Source: a virus
Lineage: Duplodnaviria; Heunggongvirae; Uroviricota; Caudoviricetes
IMG/VR virus record: IMGVR_UViG_3300021138_000001
Strand: one strand, 5' to 3'
DNA length: 64,000 bases
In this document: piece by piece, positions 19,170 to 29,011 of the stretch
Layout: each line of letters begins with the position of its first letter
Numbering within the stretch: position 1 is the first letter of the stretch
The notes under the pieces: generated by a model
What the model was told of the DNA's origin: nothing
What the model saw: the letters and a program-made list of their open reading frames with translations, nothing else
The model's database searches: none
Position numbers and translations under genes: made by a program

Positions 19170-20189
19170 TTATTGTGTTTTTTTCCACTCATTAAATTTT
19201 AATGTTGCAGTCATACCAGTATATATATGCGAATCAATAATGTCAACAATTTGTTTCTGAGTCATCCCACCCAAAACCATATCATTAATATCCTTATATT
19301 TCATATCAGAAGGCCAAATACATACTCCATAACCACTATTGATAGCTTGTCGAATACGCTTCACAATATCAACATTTCTAGGCTCATTATCGTATACATA
19401 TACAGCATTTTCGTTCAAAAACTCCTTATTATTCATATCTGCTCCAGCCATAGCAATAGCATTAGGAACAAACATTGAATCGATTGGACCTTCTAGAATA
19501 TAATAACGCCTAGTTTGATCCACAGTATCCAGACCAAAAGTCTTCAAACGATCTTCAAGCATGATGGTGATATACCGAGCTTTATCATTAGGATCAAAAC
19601 TACGACCCTGATAACCAAACATGCGCCCATCCTTATCTAGGAATGGAATGACAAGTCTTGGGGTACCTTTCTCTGGATTAAGCTTATTGGGGATCATCGT
19701 GTTGGTCCACTTAGCATAATTAGAACAATAGAATAGTTTAGAATGATATTCATTAGGAATCATTCTATTCAACACATATTGTTTTGCGGGATGATCCCAC
19801 TCAAGTTGGGAAATCTTCTTAAGTTTAAGAAGGGGTGATCCAACCTTTAGAAATTCTGGGTACTTAAAAACCTTTGGCTTTTCTACTTCAACTTTTTGTT
19901 TTTTATCATTGTCACCATAAGTTTCTAGAACATATTGCTTATAAAGCACAGGATCTAGTTCTCGTAGGAATGAACTAATGTTCCTACTAGCGCCACAATT
20001 AAAGCACTTAAAGATAATTGAATCTTGTTTTTGAAAAAAGTTTCCCCTAGTTTTTGAAGAATCTTTCTTGCTATCTCCGCAAATAGGACATCTAAAATTT
20101 GCTATATAAGGATTATAGGACTTAATCTTAAATCGTTCTAACCTAGTGGAAACCAAATTGGCAAACTTGATATCTACCCAAGAGGACAT
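19170..20189 (-). CDS. gp61: DNA primase
   Basis: Zn finger RCPICGDS...KCFNCG; GYQGRS; LEGPIDSMF; YDNEPRN. Confidence 0.95.
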   Translation of the reverse strand: MSSWVDIKFANLVSTRLERFKIKSYNPYIANFRCPICGDSKKDSSKTRGNFFQKQDSIIFKCFNCGASRNISSFLRELDPVLYKQYVLETYGDNDKKQKVEVEKPKVFKYPEFLKVGSPLLKLKKISQLEWDHPAKQYVLNRMIPNEYHSKLFYCSNYAKWTNTMIPNKLNPEKGTPRLVIPFLDKDGRMFGYQGRSFDPNDKARYITIMLEDRLKTFGLDTVDQTRRYYILEGPIDSMFVPNAIAMAGADMNNKEFLNENAVYVYDNEPRNVDIVKRIRQAINSGYGVCIWPSDMKYKDINDMVLGGMTQKQIVDIIDSHIYTGMTATLKFNEWKKTQ

Positions 20190-20255
20190 TATAATCTCCT
20201 ATAAATCATTAAACCTATATGAGGATTATATATTATTTTTAAGGCGTGTAAAGAA

Positions 20256-20684
20256 CTATTTTATCAAAACATGCGGCAGCACGGATTTTGAAGCGAGATA
20301 TAGGTCTAAGATAAAGCCCAAAGCTATCGCACCTCCAACAACAAGAAGTCTCCAATTTTCAATTTTATTGGTCTTTTTTGTAATGGTGTTTAATTGATCA
20401 CAAATTCTTTTTTCTATAGCTTCCATATCTTTTGTGATTTTGTCTTGCATTTTTGTATGTTGTGTGGCAGCTTCTTCTCTACGCTTTTCTAATTCTACAT
20501 AAATATCTCTTAGCGTAATTTCTTGTTGATTAATCTTAGTTTCATGTACTGCGAGCAACTGTTTAATAGAATTAGACACATCTGTCAATTTTTCTATCGT
20601 CGTATCAAGTCGATCAAAAAGGCCCGTCATTTGAGATAACTGTTTCTCCAATACTGCAACACGAGTTTCTACATTTTCGGCCAT
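20256..20684 (-). CDS. Coiled-coil protein with C-terminal membrane anchor
   Basis: Heptad pattern, hydrophobic C-terminus; next to lysis genes. Confidence 0.55.
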   Translation of the reverse strand: MAENVETRVAVLEKQLSQMTGLFDRLDTTIEKLTDVSNSIKQLLAVHETKINQQEITLRDIYVELEKRREEAATQHTKMQDKITKDMEAIEKRICDQLNTITKKTNKIENWRLLVVGGAIALGFILDLYLASKSVLPHVLIK

Positions 20685-20685
20685 G

Positions 20686-21225
20686 TTAAAATGCTCCTTT
20701 GACTTCTGGTTTTTTGGCGTTTAGTTTATCAACCGCTGTTTTATTTTCAGAAATCCAATTTTGTAGTGCAGTTAATTGGGTGGCGTTTTTGGTACAGATT
20801 GCGTAATTGTTGACGATGGTTGTAAGGGCTTCATTGTCTTTAATGCCTGAGGGGGTTGCATCAGAGCTTCTGGTGGCGTCGGCATCACCGTTTGTGGCAC
20901 TAGTGTCGTGGAGATACACCCACCCATTAGAAAGCTCAAACTGATTAGGCACAGCGTTTTCTGCAACGTTAACATACTGTATTTCCTTTTCATGAATAGT
21001 ATTTATTTTATCAACATATTTTACTACAACTTTATTACTAATGTTGGTATTTATATCTTTGAGTGTCAATGCTTGCTTTTCAAAACCACCCATAAGATTA
21101 GCAATTTTTAGCTTATATGAAGTAGATGCTGCATCATAACCCTTTACATAACAAAAGATGCTCGCTGATAATAGTAATACACCAATAATAGCAACTCTAT
21201 AGGGTAGGGGTATCAAATTTAACAT
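20686..21225 (-). CDS. Inner-membrane spanin (Rz-like)
   Basis: N-terminal TM segment, helical periplasmic region, nested lipoprotein ORF, follows holin. Confidence 0.8.
   Translation of the reverse strand: MLNLIPLPYRVAIIGVLLLSASIFCYVKGYDAASTSYKLKIANLMGGFEKQALTLKDINTNISNKVVVKYVDKINTIHEKEIQYVNVAENAVPNQFELSNGWVYLHDTSATNGDADATRSSDATPSGIKDNEALTTIVNNYAICTKNATQLTALQNWISENKTAVDKLNAKKPEVKGAF
20772..20993 (-). CDS. Outer-membrane spanin (Rz1-like lipoprotein) embedded in i-spanin
   Basis: Signal peptide with lipobox LMGG|C, Pro-rich mature part, alternate frame inside Rz. Confidence 0.75.
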   Translation of the reverse strand: MKRKYSMLTLQKTLCLISLSFLMGGCISTTLVPQTVMPTPPEALMQPPQALKTMKPLQPSSTITQSVPKTPPN

Positions 21226-21236
21226 TGAGAACTATC

Positions 21237-21464
21237 CTAAGTTTTTGGTGCGAATTTTTCAGCGCCAGTAATACCCAAACCAGAAATGATTATATACATA
21301 ATAGAATGTATGATTTCTGAATCAATAACTGCCTTGTAAAATACGTGCGCAAAAAACCCTACAGCATATAGTATTACGAAAAATAGCGTAAACCATCTTT
21401 TTGATGATGGAGTTCCCTCACAATCATTCATAATACCTTTTAGATAATTTAATACTCCATTCAT
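21237..21464 (-). CDS. Holin (two TM segments)
   Basis: PSSKRW...two hydrophobic helices, between endolysin and spanin. Confidence 0.75.
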   Translation of the reverse strand: MNGVLNYLKGIMNDCEGTPSSKRWFTLFFVILYAVGFFAHVFYKAVIDSEIIHSIMYIIISGLGITGAEKFAPKT

Positions 21465-21476
21465 ACCAATTCCCCT

Positions 21477-22094
21477 CTATGATCCAAGCAATACTATATA
21501 TTTATGAGTTAACGTTTCTCTATCAACAAGACCAAGGGTACCACCATTAATTTTTTGAGTTACTTGAGTAATTGTTATATTGTCTGTACCACGATCACAA
21601 ATTGACCAAATATGATTTTTATCAAAAAACCATAAAGCAGAATCAAAGGCAAATTCGTCGGCTATTAAATCTGGATTACTCATGATATCTTGGCGATTGC
21701 AATAATTAGCAAACTCTTGATACATATCTTTTCCGGTTAATTGGATAGCACCGCGCCCTCGATATTTGTATCCATCACCAGAATTTTCATCACCATTACC
21801 CATACGATTAGCATAAACTTTATTTGCAATTTTTTCTGGGTCGTATTCATAAGAAAGAGCTAAACTATGAGTCGGATAATATTTCTTGAATATATCACAT
21901 AAAGCATCGGCGGAATAATTTAGATTTTCTGAAAAACTTTTAAACCCACCAGTTTCATGATATGTTTGCGCAAAGAAATGTGCTGCTCTATTATTAGAAA
22001 GTTTATAGAAAGCAGCAGCAGCCTTAAGCGTATTGGAACCCCATACACCATCCGCAGTAATACCAATTTTTCTTTGTAAATCAGCAATATTCAT
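21477..22094 (-). CDS. Endolysin, glycoside hydrolase family 19
   Basis: AHFFAQTYHETGGF, ENLNYS, YRGRGAIQLTG, INGGTLG. Confidence 0.93.
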   Translation of the reverse strand: MNIADLQRKIGITADGVWGSNTLKAAAAFYKLSNNRAAHFFAQTYHETGGFKSFSENLNYSADALCDIFKKYYPTHSLALSYEYDPEKIANKVYANRMGNGDENSGDGYKYRGRGAIQLTGKDMYQEFANYCNRQDIMSNPDLIADEFAFDSALWFFDKNHIWSICDRGTDNITITQVTQKINGGTLGLVDRETLTHKYIVLLGS

Positions 22095-22104
22095 TCTGAG
22101 TAAA

Positions 22105-22317
22105 CTATTTTATATTAATACTGCCAGAAACTCTTCTAAATTGTTTATTGGCATCTTTGACATAATTTGCTTCGTCTTTAGCACCCTGCTTTTGATATGT
22201 GCCCTGAAGTTTCTTTGCTACTGGAACGGTTTTATCTAAATTGTCACCAGCACCAGAAACCCCAGATGTTGCTGTAGCTGGAGCACCATCTTCCATAAAA
22301 AGTTTGAAATTGATCAT
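22105..22317 (-). CDS. Small protein with capsid-targeting-like N-terminus
   Basis: MINFKLFMED resembles T4 internal-protein targeting sequence MKTYQEFIAE. Confidence 0.55.
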   Translation of the reverse strand: MINFKLFMEDGAPATATSGVSGAGDNLDKTVPVAKKLQGTYQKQGAKDEANYVKDANKQFRRVSGSINIK

Positions 22318-22709
22318 TAGATGTTCCTTAATGCGTCTTCTATATTTTTGTCAGATATAATTTCTTTATTTGATATATTTTTTGGGATAAATCCAATATT
22401 ATTTATAAAACTTGGCATGTAACCAAGAAATTCTAAGAAAGGTTTTAAATATTCATAAAATTCGGGAAGTTTAAAAAAAAGTATTCGGCCGGCGTGAACT
22501 GGGCCGAATACATTACATAAAACTACAATATGATTTAATATAAGACGCTCTTTAAGTTCTCCAGTTTCCTGATACTTATTAAATAGCCTTTTAATATATT
22601 TAATACGCTTTAAGTCATCATAAAATTCCAGAGTATCAAAACACTGGGGGTTATCATAATACTTGGCGCAATATAATAAAAAATTCGTTTCATCAAGTTT
22701 TTCAAACAT
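22317..22709 (-). CDS. Conserved T4-like hypothetical protein
   Basis: YDNPQC...EFYDDLKRIKYIKRLF.KY...ELKERLILNH pattern. Confidence 0.65.
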   Translation of the reverse strand: MFEKLDETNFLLYCAKYYDNPQCFDTLEFYDDLKRIKYIKRLFNKYQETGELKERLILNHIVVLCNVFGPVHAGRILFFKLPEFYEYLKPFLEFLGYMPSFINNIGFIPKNISNKEIISDKNIEDALRNI

Positions 22710-22711
22710 TA

Positions 22712-22969
22712 TTAAGTCAATCTAATTTGTATCGTCCCGGCAGAAGTGTAGTATAACGATTTAATTGCTACGTTAGCGGTACTGGCGGCGGCATCATTAG
22801 CATAAGGGCCTGGAATAGCTCCACCGACACCGCGCACTAAAGATAAAAAAGACACAGAATTAGATGTTGGTGTACCAGATAAGTTTCTGGTTACCACAAA
22901 CAGATCCGTATTTGATAACGAATTTGTTGATGGTAACGCAGAAACTTTAATGTCAGTATTTACAGTCAT
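22712..22969 (-). CDS. Small virion/tail-associated protein
   Basis: IKVSALP N-terminus typical of fibre-like proteins. Confidence 0.45.
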   Translation of the reverse strand: MTVNTDIKVSALPSTNSLSNTDLFVVTRNLSGTPTSNSVSFLSLVRGVGGAIPGPYANDAAASTANVAIKSLYYTSAGTIQIRLT

Positions 22970-22971
22970 AA

Positions 22972-24093
22972 TTATGAATTAGGGAATTGAGTATTATCAG
23001 CAGAATTTTCTGAAGCCATGTGAACACAAACTAATGTTTCATAATTAATACGACCAGCGCGACCACCAAGAGTATTAACAGTTACCGATCCGCCAGTTGA
23101 TGATACTAGGTTAGCTGTAGTAAATGTCGCACCAGTACCAAGAGAAGCACCACCAGTTGAGTTAGCAATTGTAATAGCTACTGAGTTGTTTGCTGCTGTA
23201 TTTGAGAATAGACCAACATTAGTAATGGTAAAGGTTAATGAACCACCGGTAGCATTTGTTGAAACTGAAGCAGTAGCATTTGTAATACCATTAGCAACTG
23301 TTACAACGTCTGTGTTATTATATCCAGTAGCTGTACCAGTATAGTTAATTGCTACGCCGCTATTAGCAACATGTTTTTCGCGGTTAAATGCTACTACTAC
23401 GTTTGTATTAACATCAAAAATACCACCTTTAGTAATTGCAACAGAAGAAATATTGCCTGTTGCATTTGATGTTATAGTTAGAAGACCTAATGATGAACCA
23501 TTTGAAAGAGTGATAGTTTCGCCATTAGCAATATTAGAACCACCACCATCAGACACCGCTGTTACTGGACCCTCACCTACAGTACGCTTTACCCATCCTT
23601 GGTGATATCCGCGTGATGTTACAGAAGTTTCAGTATGATCTACACCGAATACGCCAACAGCTTCGTTATTAACAAATGCTGATACTGTTGTATTTCCATA
23701 CATTTCAATACCAGAAAGTCTTTGATCTACTGTTGCTGTAAATCCAGTTACTGTAGTATTACCTGTAGCTGAACCATAAGAGGTATTTGTAATAGCAAAT
23801 CCTAGTACACCAGCAACAGTATTTGAGCTAAATGAACCAGGAGTAATCTTTGATACCGCTTGAATAAAGCCACTAGTATTTGTAAATAGTGCAAATGTTG
23901 CGTTTGAATATGTTGCAGAGGTTCCAGCATTTACTACTAGAATATCTGTGTTATTATATGATGCCCCACTTGGAAATACAATTTTGGATGCTGGACCAAC
24001 GTGATTATATTTTACAGCATATATTGGTGCTGCTTCTACACCCTTATACTTTGGTGCATTATTTGCTTGGTCTAAATTACCCCATAGTGCCAT
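22972..24093 (-). CDS. Virion structural protein (MALWG type)
   Basis: MALWG start; Thr/Asn/Gly-rich beta repeats; GRAGR..YETLV C-terminus. Confidence 0.65.
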   Translation of the reverse strand: MALWGNLDQANNAPKYKGVEAAPIYAVKYNHVGPASKIVFPSGASYNNTDILVVNAGTSATYSNATFALFTNTSGFIQAVSKITPGSFSSNTVAGVLGFAITNTSYGSATGNTTVTGFTATVDQRLSGIEMYGNTTVSAFVNNEAVGVFGVDHTETSVTSRGYHQGWVKRTVGEGPVTAVSDGGGSNIANGETITLSNGSSLGLLTITSNATGNISSVAITKGGIFDVNTNVVVAFNREKHVANSGVAINYTGTATGYNNTDVVTVANGITNATASVSTNATGGSLTFTITNVGLFSNTAANNSVAITIANSTGGASLGTGATFTTANLVSSTGGSVTVNTLGGRAGRINYETLVCVHMASENSADNTQFPNS

Positions 24094-24116
24094 GATAAGT
24101 CTCCTTGTTGTTTTTA

Positions 24117-24263
24117 TTATTTATCATTAGAGAACTTTCTATTTTCTATTTTATAGATAGGAACATACTGCACTCTAACATTTACAGTTTGCCCTTTTTT
24201 TAATTCTTTTACTGGCTGACCGCTATTATCAACGAGAACGATCTTTTTAGATATAGTATCCAT
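24117..24263 (-). CDS. Small hypothetical protein, 48 aa
   Basis: TAATG overlap with upstream gene; MDTISKKIVLVDNSG... Confidence 0.45.
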   Translation of the reverse strand: MDTISKKIVLVDNSGQPVKELKKGQTVNVRVQYVPIYKIENRKFSNDK

Positions 24264-26305
24264 TATTTATTTCTATTCTTAAATTCGTTCTCTTTAGCAA
24301 TCTGGCGAAGGTTTAACTTTTGTTCCATGATATCACGAATTGCACTTTCTACCGCTGGCATACGCATAGCCGCTGAAGCTGGGGTTACTACTCGTGTTTC
24401 TTCTGTCATGGTTTCCTCATTACGTAATTTAGCTAAATCGGCTGAGTCAATTTTGTTTGGATTTCCAGCAATGCTTGCAATCTTTTGTTGTCCAGGAGAA
24501 AGTTTCTTACCGCCAGCACCATATCTTTTTGAATATTCGTTATAACTAGCTGAACCAGTAGAAATCTTTTCATCTACTCGTTCTACTTCTTCTTTGACGG
24601 AATGTACCTTTCCGTTAATAACTCTGTTGTGACGAATATTGTGATGTGCAGTATCCGTAGCCTCTTCACGACCTTCTTTACCAGAACCATGATAAGATAC
24701 GGGACCTTCGCCTAAATGCTTATTGTTATGGTAATGATGTACTGAATGTTCTTGCCATTCTGGATTATAACGAACTTCTGTATGATATCCGTCTTTACCC
24801 TCATGCTTTGAAATCAAACGAGTGCCAGTAATTGGAGAAGCCTTTGCTTCTGATACGGCTTCTACTTCTTCTTTGGTAAGCTTGTTAGTAGCCATTCTAA
24901 TTCCTTTATGACGACGCCCAATCTTTTGATCTGAGTCCTTGGAATACTTAGCCATATTTGATGCATCACCAGCAGACTTTCTGATATAGGAACCCATAGT
25001 TACCTTTGATAGTTCGTCTACTTGTTCTACTTCTTCCTTTTTAAGTTTACCCGACATATAATCAGCCACAGTATCTAGTTGGTCGGCTCCGTTAGTAATC
25101 TTTGATTGAACCCAGGCTGGGAGTTGTGTTTTATCTTTTATTTTTTTATTTAAAGTTTTAATAGCACGATCTGCTGTTGACATTTGGTTCTTTGCCATCG
25201 ATCCTTCTTCGTCGGCATCTCCGTCAGAAAGATGTTCTAGATTATACTCATATCCTTCATGTACTTCATCTCTATGATGAGATTCCCAATGAGAAGCGGC
25301 TTGTTTTCTTACATGAGTGGGGAACATTTGATGCCATGGTGTTCCGTCACCATGTTCCTTTGCGTAGCTCTGTGCGGCTTTATCGGCGTGGTAACCCCAT
25401 AGAGTCTTTGCCTTTGCTGCATCATACTTACCAGCTTTAGCTTTTCTACGAAGATTTTTAGTAATTGGTTCATGTGATGACTTATGGAGGGTTGGATGAT
25501 TATCAGCATGATAGATTAGTTCATGTGCTTCGTGCGAAAGTTCTTCGTTCACTTTTGTTTGTGAAGTTTCATTTGGTGGACGCTTCTTTCCATTAGGATA
25601 ATATCTCTTTATATATGCATCATAACTAGATTGGCCAGTATTTTTTGCTTCGTTTACATATTTTTCAGCAGCAGCCTTTGCGTCATCGTGTGATGCATGT
25701 AAAGTAGTTTCCTTATCACCATGATAATATACTGAGTGAGGAAGCCAATCGCCGCCATGATGGGCTGTAGCTTTTTTACCACCTTTTTCAAATACAACGG
25801 GCTTTGGCTTCTTAGCTTCGTCTAGTTCAGTTTCTTCGCTTGTAGTCTTAGGTTCATCTTTAACCTTCTTAAGAGCAGGAGGACCACCCATTGTTTCGTA
25901 ATCAGCCTTGCGTTGATATGCTGGCTTGTCAAAATCCTTATCCCCAGGCTTACGCATCCAAGGCTTTAGGTCTTCTTCGACTTCATTTTCTTCTTTAGAC
26001 AACTTAGTTGCCGCAGTAAAAATACCAACACCTCTTTTATTTACAATGTTACTCAGTTTTCTTGAATGTTTGCTGGACAACTTTTCTGTATTTGATCCTT
26101 GGTCATAACCAGTGTCATATAGATGTGTAGCAGCCTTTTTTACATAATTACCCAGTGTCTTCTTAGACAATTCTGAAAGGTTCATATCACGAACAATTCC
26201 ATGCTCGAACATTACGTCGGCAGAAACCATATTGCCAGATTCATCTAGCTTTTCTGTAGAATTAATAGTTTGGCCTTCACCAAATTTTTCGTGAAATACT
26301 TTCAT
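24263..26305 (-). CDS. Modular head-cargo/internal protein (candidate gp21-processed polyprotein)
   Basis: Late promoter at 26338-26345; short modules separated by L/V-x-E and EE motifs; internal repeat ELSK.T.G.Y..K.A. Confidence 0.55.
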   Translation of the reverse strand: MKVFHEKFGEGQTINSTEKLDESGNMVSADVMFEHGIVRDMNLSELSKKTLGNYVKKAATHLYDTGYDQGSNTEKLSSKHSRKLSNIVNKRGVGIFTAATKLSKEENEVEEDLKPWMRKPGDKDFDKPAYQRKADYETMGGPPALKKVKDEPKTTSEETELDEAKKPKPVVFEKGGKKATAHHGGDWLPHSVYYHGDKETTLHASHDDAKAAAEKYVNEAKNTGQSSYDAYIKRYYPNGKKRPPNETSQTKVNEELSHEAHELIYHADNHPTLHKSSHEPITKNLRRKAKAGKYDAAKAKTLWGYHADKAAQSYAKEHGDGTPWHQMFPTHVRKQAASHWESHHRDEVHEGYEYNLEHLSDGDADEEGSMAKNQMSTADRAIKTLNKKIKDKTQLPAWVQSKITNGADQLDTVADYMSGKLKKEEVEQVDELSKVTMGSYIRKSAGDASNMAKYSKDSDQKIGRRHKGIRMATNKLTKEEVEAVSEAKASPITGTRLISKHEGKDGYHTEVRYNPEWQEHSVHHYHNNKHLGEGPVSYHGSGKEGREEATDTAHHNIRHNRVINGKVHSVKEEVERVDEKISTGSASYNEYSKRYGAGGKKLSPGQQKIASIAGNPNKIDSADLAKLRNEETMTEETRVVTPASAAMRMPAVESAIRDIMEQKLNLRQIAKENEFKNRNK

Positions 26306-26337
26306 TTTGTCTTCTCCAATAGAATAATTGTTCTTAT

Positions 26338-26345
26338 TATTTATA
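26338..26345 (-). promoter_or_regulatory. T4-type late promoter TATAAATA
   Basis: Exact motif on minus strand. Confidence 0.8.
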
Positions 26346-26347
26346 AA

Positions 26348-26788
26348 TTAATGTTTTGCAATAGATGACTTTAGCATCCAACCAAGTTTCTTATGAGCAT
26401 CAATTCGATCCTGTAAGAAGTTACATAGACCCAATTCTTTTGCGTTTTCGCTTTCGTAATATGCAACTGTTAATGAATCGATTACTGTATTGTTGTCTTT
26501 AAGAAGTCTTTCAACACAAGTTAAAGCGGGAACAACAGTAAGTTCGTCTTCAATATTTGTCAGTTCTTTATATCTACCTAAAGCAGCAGGTGCATATTCT
26601 CCAATAGAACGAATGTGTTCTGCAATAGGATCTACTGCTTCCCACAAATCATTATAGATTTTTTCAAAAAATCCGTGATATTCATAAAAGTCTGGACCTT
26701 CAATATTCCAGTGATAGTTGTGGCTTTTTAGATACATAGCAAATGTATCAGCTAGAACTACTTTCATTTTGTCGCCTAGAATTGACAT
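26348..26788 (-). CDS. dps: Dps ferritin-like DNA-protection protein
   Basis: YLKSHNYHWNIEGPDF..YH..FE.IY......D.IAEHIR motifs. Confidence 0.93.
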   Translation of the reverse strand: MSILGDKMKVVLADTFAMYLKSHNYHWNIEGPDFYEYHGFFEKIYNDLWEAVDPIAEHIRSIGEYAPAALGRYKELTNIEDELTVVPALTCVERLLKDNNTVIDSLTVAYYESENAKELGLCNFLQDRIDAHKKLGWMLKSSIAKH

Positions 26789-28140
26789 TATCTACATCTC
26801 CATCTTTTTAAGGACATCGCCTTGCGAGTAGGACGACCCATATCATCTTTCATTGGACCTTCCATACCAGACATACGAGCACAGAATGATTTACGTCTCT
26901 TAGCAGCCTTTGATCCTGGTTCTGCATTACCAGTAACAGCCGTTTTTAATTTTGATCCTGGATGTTTCGCTCTATAATGAGCTACACCCTTTCTCGTCAT
27001 TCCAGCACCTTTTTCTGTAGGACGGAAATCGCCTTTAGAATCTGCACCACGTTCCTCAAGATTTTCTAATTCTTCAGCTTGATGCTTAAAGTATTGGACT
27101 TCTTTTTCTCGCTTTTCAGCACCGGCTTTTGTTGGATATGTTCCAAGATTCTTTCCTGAACTCTTTGAAACCAACCGATACTCATTTCCTACTCTGACGA
27201 TATGTTCATTAAATCTAATTTCTTCTGTCTGAGAATCCTTTAAATCTTCTTGAGAAGGAGCGCCCTTTGATCCTGGCTTACGCATATGTTCTCCAGAACC
27301 ATGCTTAATTCTTTCTTGTTTGGCATGAATATTATCCCAAAGTCCGCGGTTTTCTTCTAGATCAGTTTCTTCTACTGTAGATACCTGCGGTACAGTCTTC
27401 ATTTTTTTCTTAGGCATCGTTACTGGAGGGACAGATGCATTCGTATCAGTATAAGCAGAAGGCTTACTATCTGCAGGACCAACACTTGGTTCACCAAACA
27501 TTCCCGCTTCATTAACTTCTGGTACACTCTTCTTCAATTTCTTTTTTTCTGGGGGCAATTCTCCGGGAGGACCAGCACCAGGAACTTGAACTGGAGTTGG
27601 TACGGAAGACCCCGGATCGTATCCAAATTCTTCTCTAAACTTCTTTAACTTAATGGATTTGCGTCTTCTTAATTGAAGATCAATATCTTTATCAGGCCTT
27701 TCCAGATCAATATCTCTACCAATATCTACTGGGCCTTTGCCGTCTACCATATCCCCTCTTTGGAAGAGAGTTGGTACAACATGTTCGTATGGGTTTTGTG
27801 CCATATCAGCAGGAAGATTGTCTGAATCTGTTGTAACCTTTTTGGTTTTATATTGTTTTGCGATCTCTCTGCCTTCTTGATCTTCTCTTTTTGATGCTTG
27901 GATTTGTTTATTTTTTACGACATCCAAATTTTTCTGTCTTTGATCAAAAGATTTATTTGTGCGCTTAGTCATAATTTCTTGCGGTGTTTCTACGCCCGTA
28001 GAATGAAGAGCAATTTGTTCAGCAAGTTTTCCTGTACTAGCATTTATTACAATTTGATCGGCCACTTCTCCAGTAGCAGTTAGTTTTCCACCTTTAGAAA
28101 ATTCTAACTTTGCTTTAATTACGTCTAATAAACTGCCCAT
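26788..28140 (-). CDS. Modular late protein with C-terminal DUF6321-like domain
   Basis: GMTRKGVAHYR..HPGSKLKTAVTG...RRKSFCARM; modules split by EE; late promoter 28165-28172. Confidence 0.6.
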   Translation of the reverse strand: MGSLLDVIKAKLEFSKGGKLTATGEVADQIVINASTGKLAEQIALHSTGVETPQEIMTKRTNKSFDQRQKNLDVVKNKQIQASKREDQEGREIAKQYKTKKVTTDSDNLPADMAQNPYEHVVPTLFQRGDMVDGKGPVDIGRDIDLERPDKDIDLQLRRRKSIKLKKFREEFGYDPGSSVPTPVQVPGAGPPGELPPEKKKLKKSVPEVNEAGMFGEPSVGPADSKPSAYTDTNASVPPVTMPKKKMKTVPQVSTVEETDLEENRGLWDNIHAKQERIKHGSGEHMRKPGSKGAPSQEDLKDSQTEEIRFNEHIVRVGNEYRLVSKSSGKNLGTYPTKAGAEKREKEVQYFKHQAEELENLEERGADSKGDFRPTEKGAGMTRKGVAHYRAKHPGSKLKTAVTGNAEPGSKAAKRRKSFCARMSGMEGPMKDDMGRPTRKAMSLKRWRCR

Positions 28141-28164
28141 ATGATTCCTCGATTAGTTTTCTTA

Positions 28165-28172
28165 TATTTATA
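28165..28172 (-). promoter_or_regulatory. T4-type late promoter TATAAATA
   Basis: Exact motif on minus strand. Confidence 0.8.
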
Positions 28173-28178
28173 TTAATA

Positions 28179-28394
28179 TTAAAGATGTGATTTTTTGAAG
28201 AATTTTGCATGAAATGCAGCATGTATCTGTTTGATTTGATTAGTTCTCTTATCAGAATCTTCTATATTAGCATTTAGATAACGAAGAGTTTCGTCTCCAG
28301 ACGCACTCGCATCTCCAGTGACATGACCAAGACCTCGTATGTGGCCATGGCCAACATGAGTTGTTTCATCAAGGAAATTTTTAAAAGTTTTCAT
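28179..28394 (-). CDS. Small internal head protein candidate
   Basis: Start MKTFKNFLDE (capsid-targeting-like), GGAG RBS, late promoter 28420-28427. Confidence 0.65.
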   Translation of the reverse strand: MKTFKNFLDETTHVGHGHIRGLGHVTGDASASGDETLRYLNANIEDSDKRTNQIKQIHAAFHAKFFKKSHL

Positions 28395-28462
28395 AATTAT
28401 CTCCAATATACATTCTTTATATTTATAAAGAATAACCCCCACACTTTCGTATGGGGGTTTTA

Positions 28463-29011
28463 TTAAATCCAATTTGGAGTAGAACGGTTTGTCCACTTGT
28501 GCAGACTTGACTTACCATTTTTATAATAATTTTTATAATTTACAACAGGATCGTCAGAAATTACATATTGTTCGTCCATACAAGAAGGCATTGGAGTCAT
28601 ATCCCAATCTGTCAAATTTTTAGGTGGAGATTGTAAAAGGTATCCAAGTTTTTCTATAGTAGCATGTTTCTTGTTGTATCGATGTGTATATTCGTCTCCG
28701 AGAGCAAACATATGTTCCACAAGCCAATTATAATTTGATACGCTTTGGCGACACCAAATTGCTGATGGGTGGTTGATATGTGTAGCATTATATAGAATTT
28801 CATTGCGACCATCAGTAAGAACCCAGACTTGTTTCTTACGCATTTTACCAGTTTCTATATTACGCAAAGATACTACTACCGGAGCACCATCTAGAACCCG
28901 ATGAGCAGTAGATAGGAGTTGTGCTGACTCCAGAATCATCTTTACAACATGGCGGTCTACCATCCATTGAGCCGCTTGGATTGGGTCTTCTGAGAGATAA
29001 AAAATATTCAC
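28463..29011 (-). CDS. Pyrimidine-dimer DNA glycosylase family protein
   Basis: MNIFYL..DP...A....DRHVVKMILESAQLLSTAH, HINHPS..W motifs. Confidence 0.8.
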   Translation of the reverse strand: MNIFYLSEDPIQAAQWMVDRHVVKMILESAQLLSTAHRVLDGAPVVVSLRNIETGKMRKKQVWVLTDGRNEILYNATHINHPSAIWCRQSVSNYNWLVEHMFALGDEYTHRYNKKHATIEKLGYLLQSPPKNLTDWDMTPMPSCMDEQYVISDDPVVNYKNYYKNGKSSLHKWTNRSTPNWI

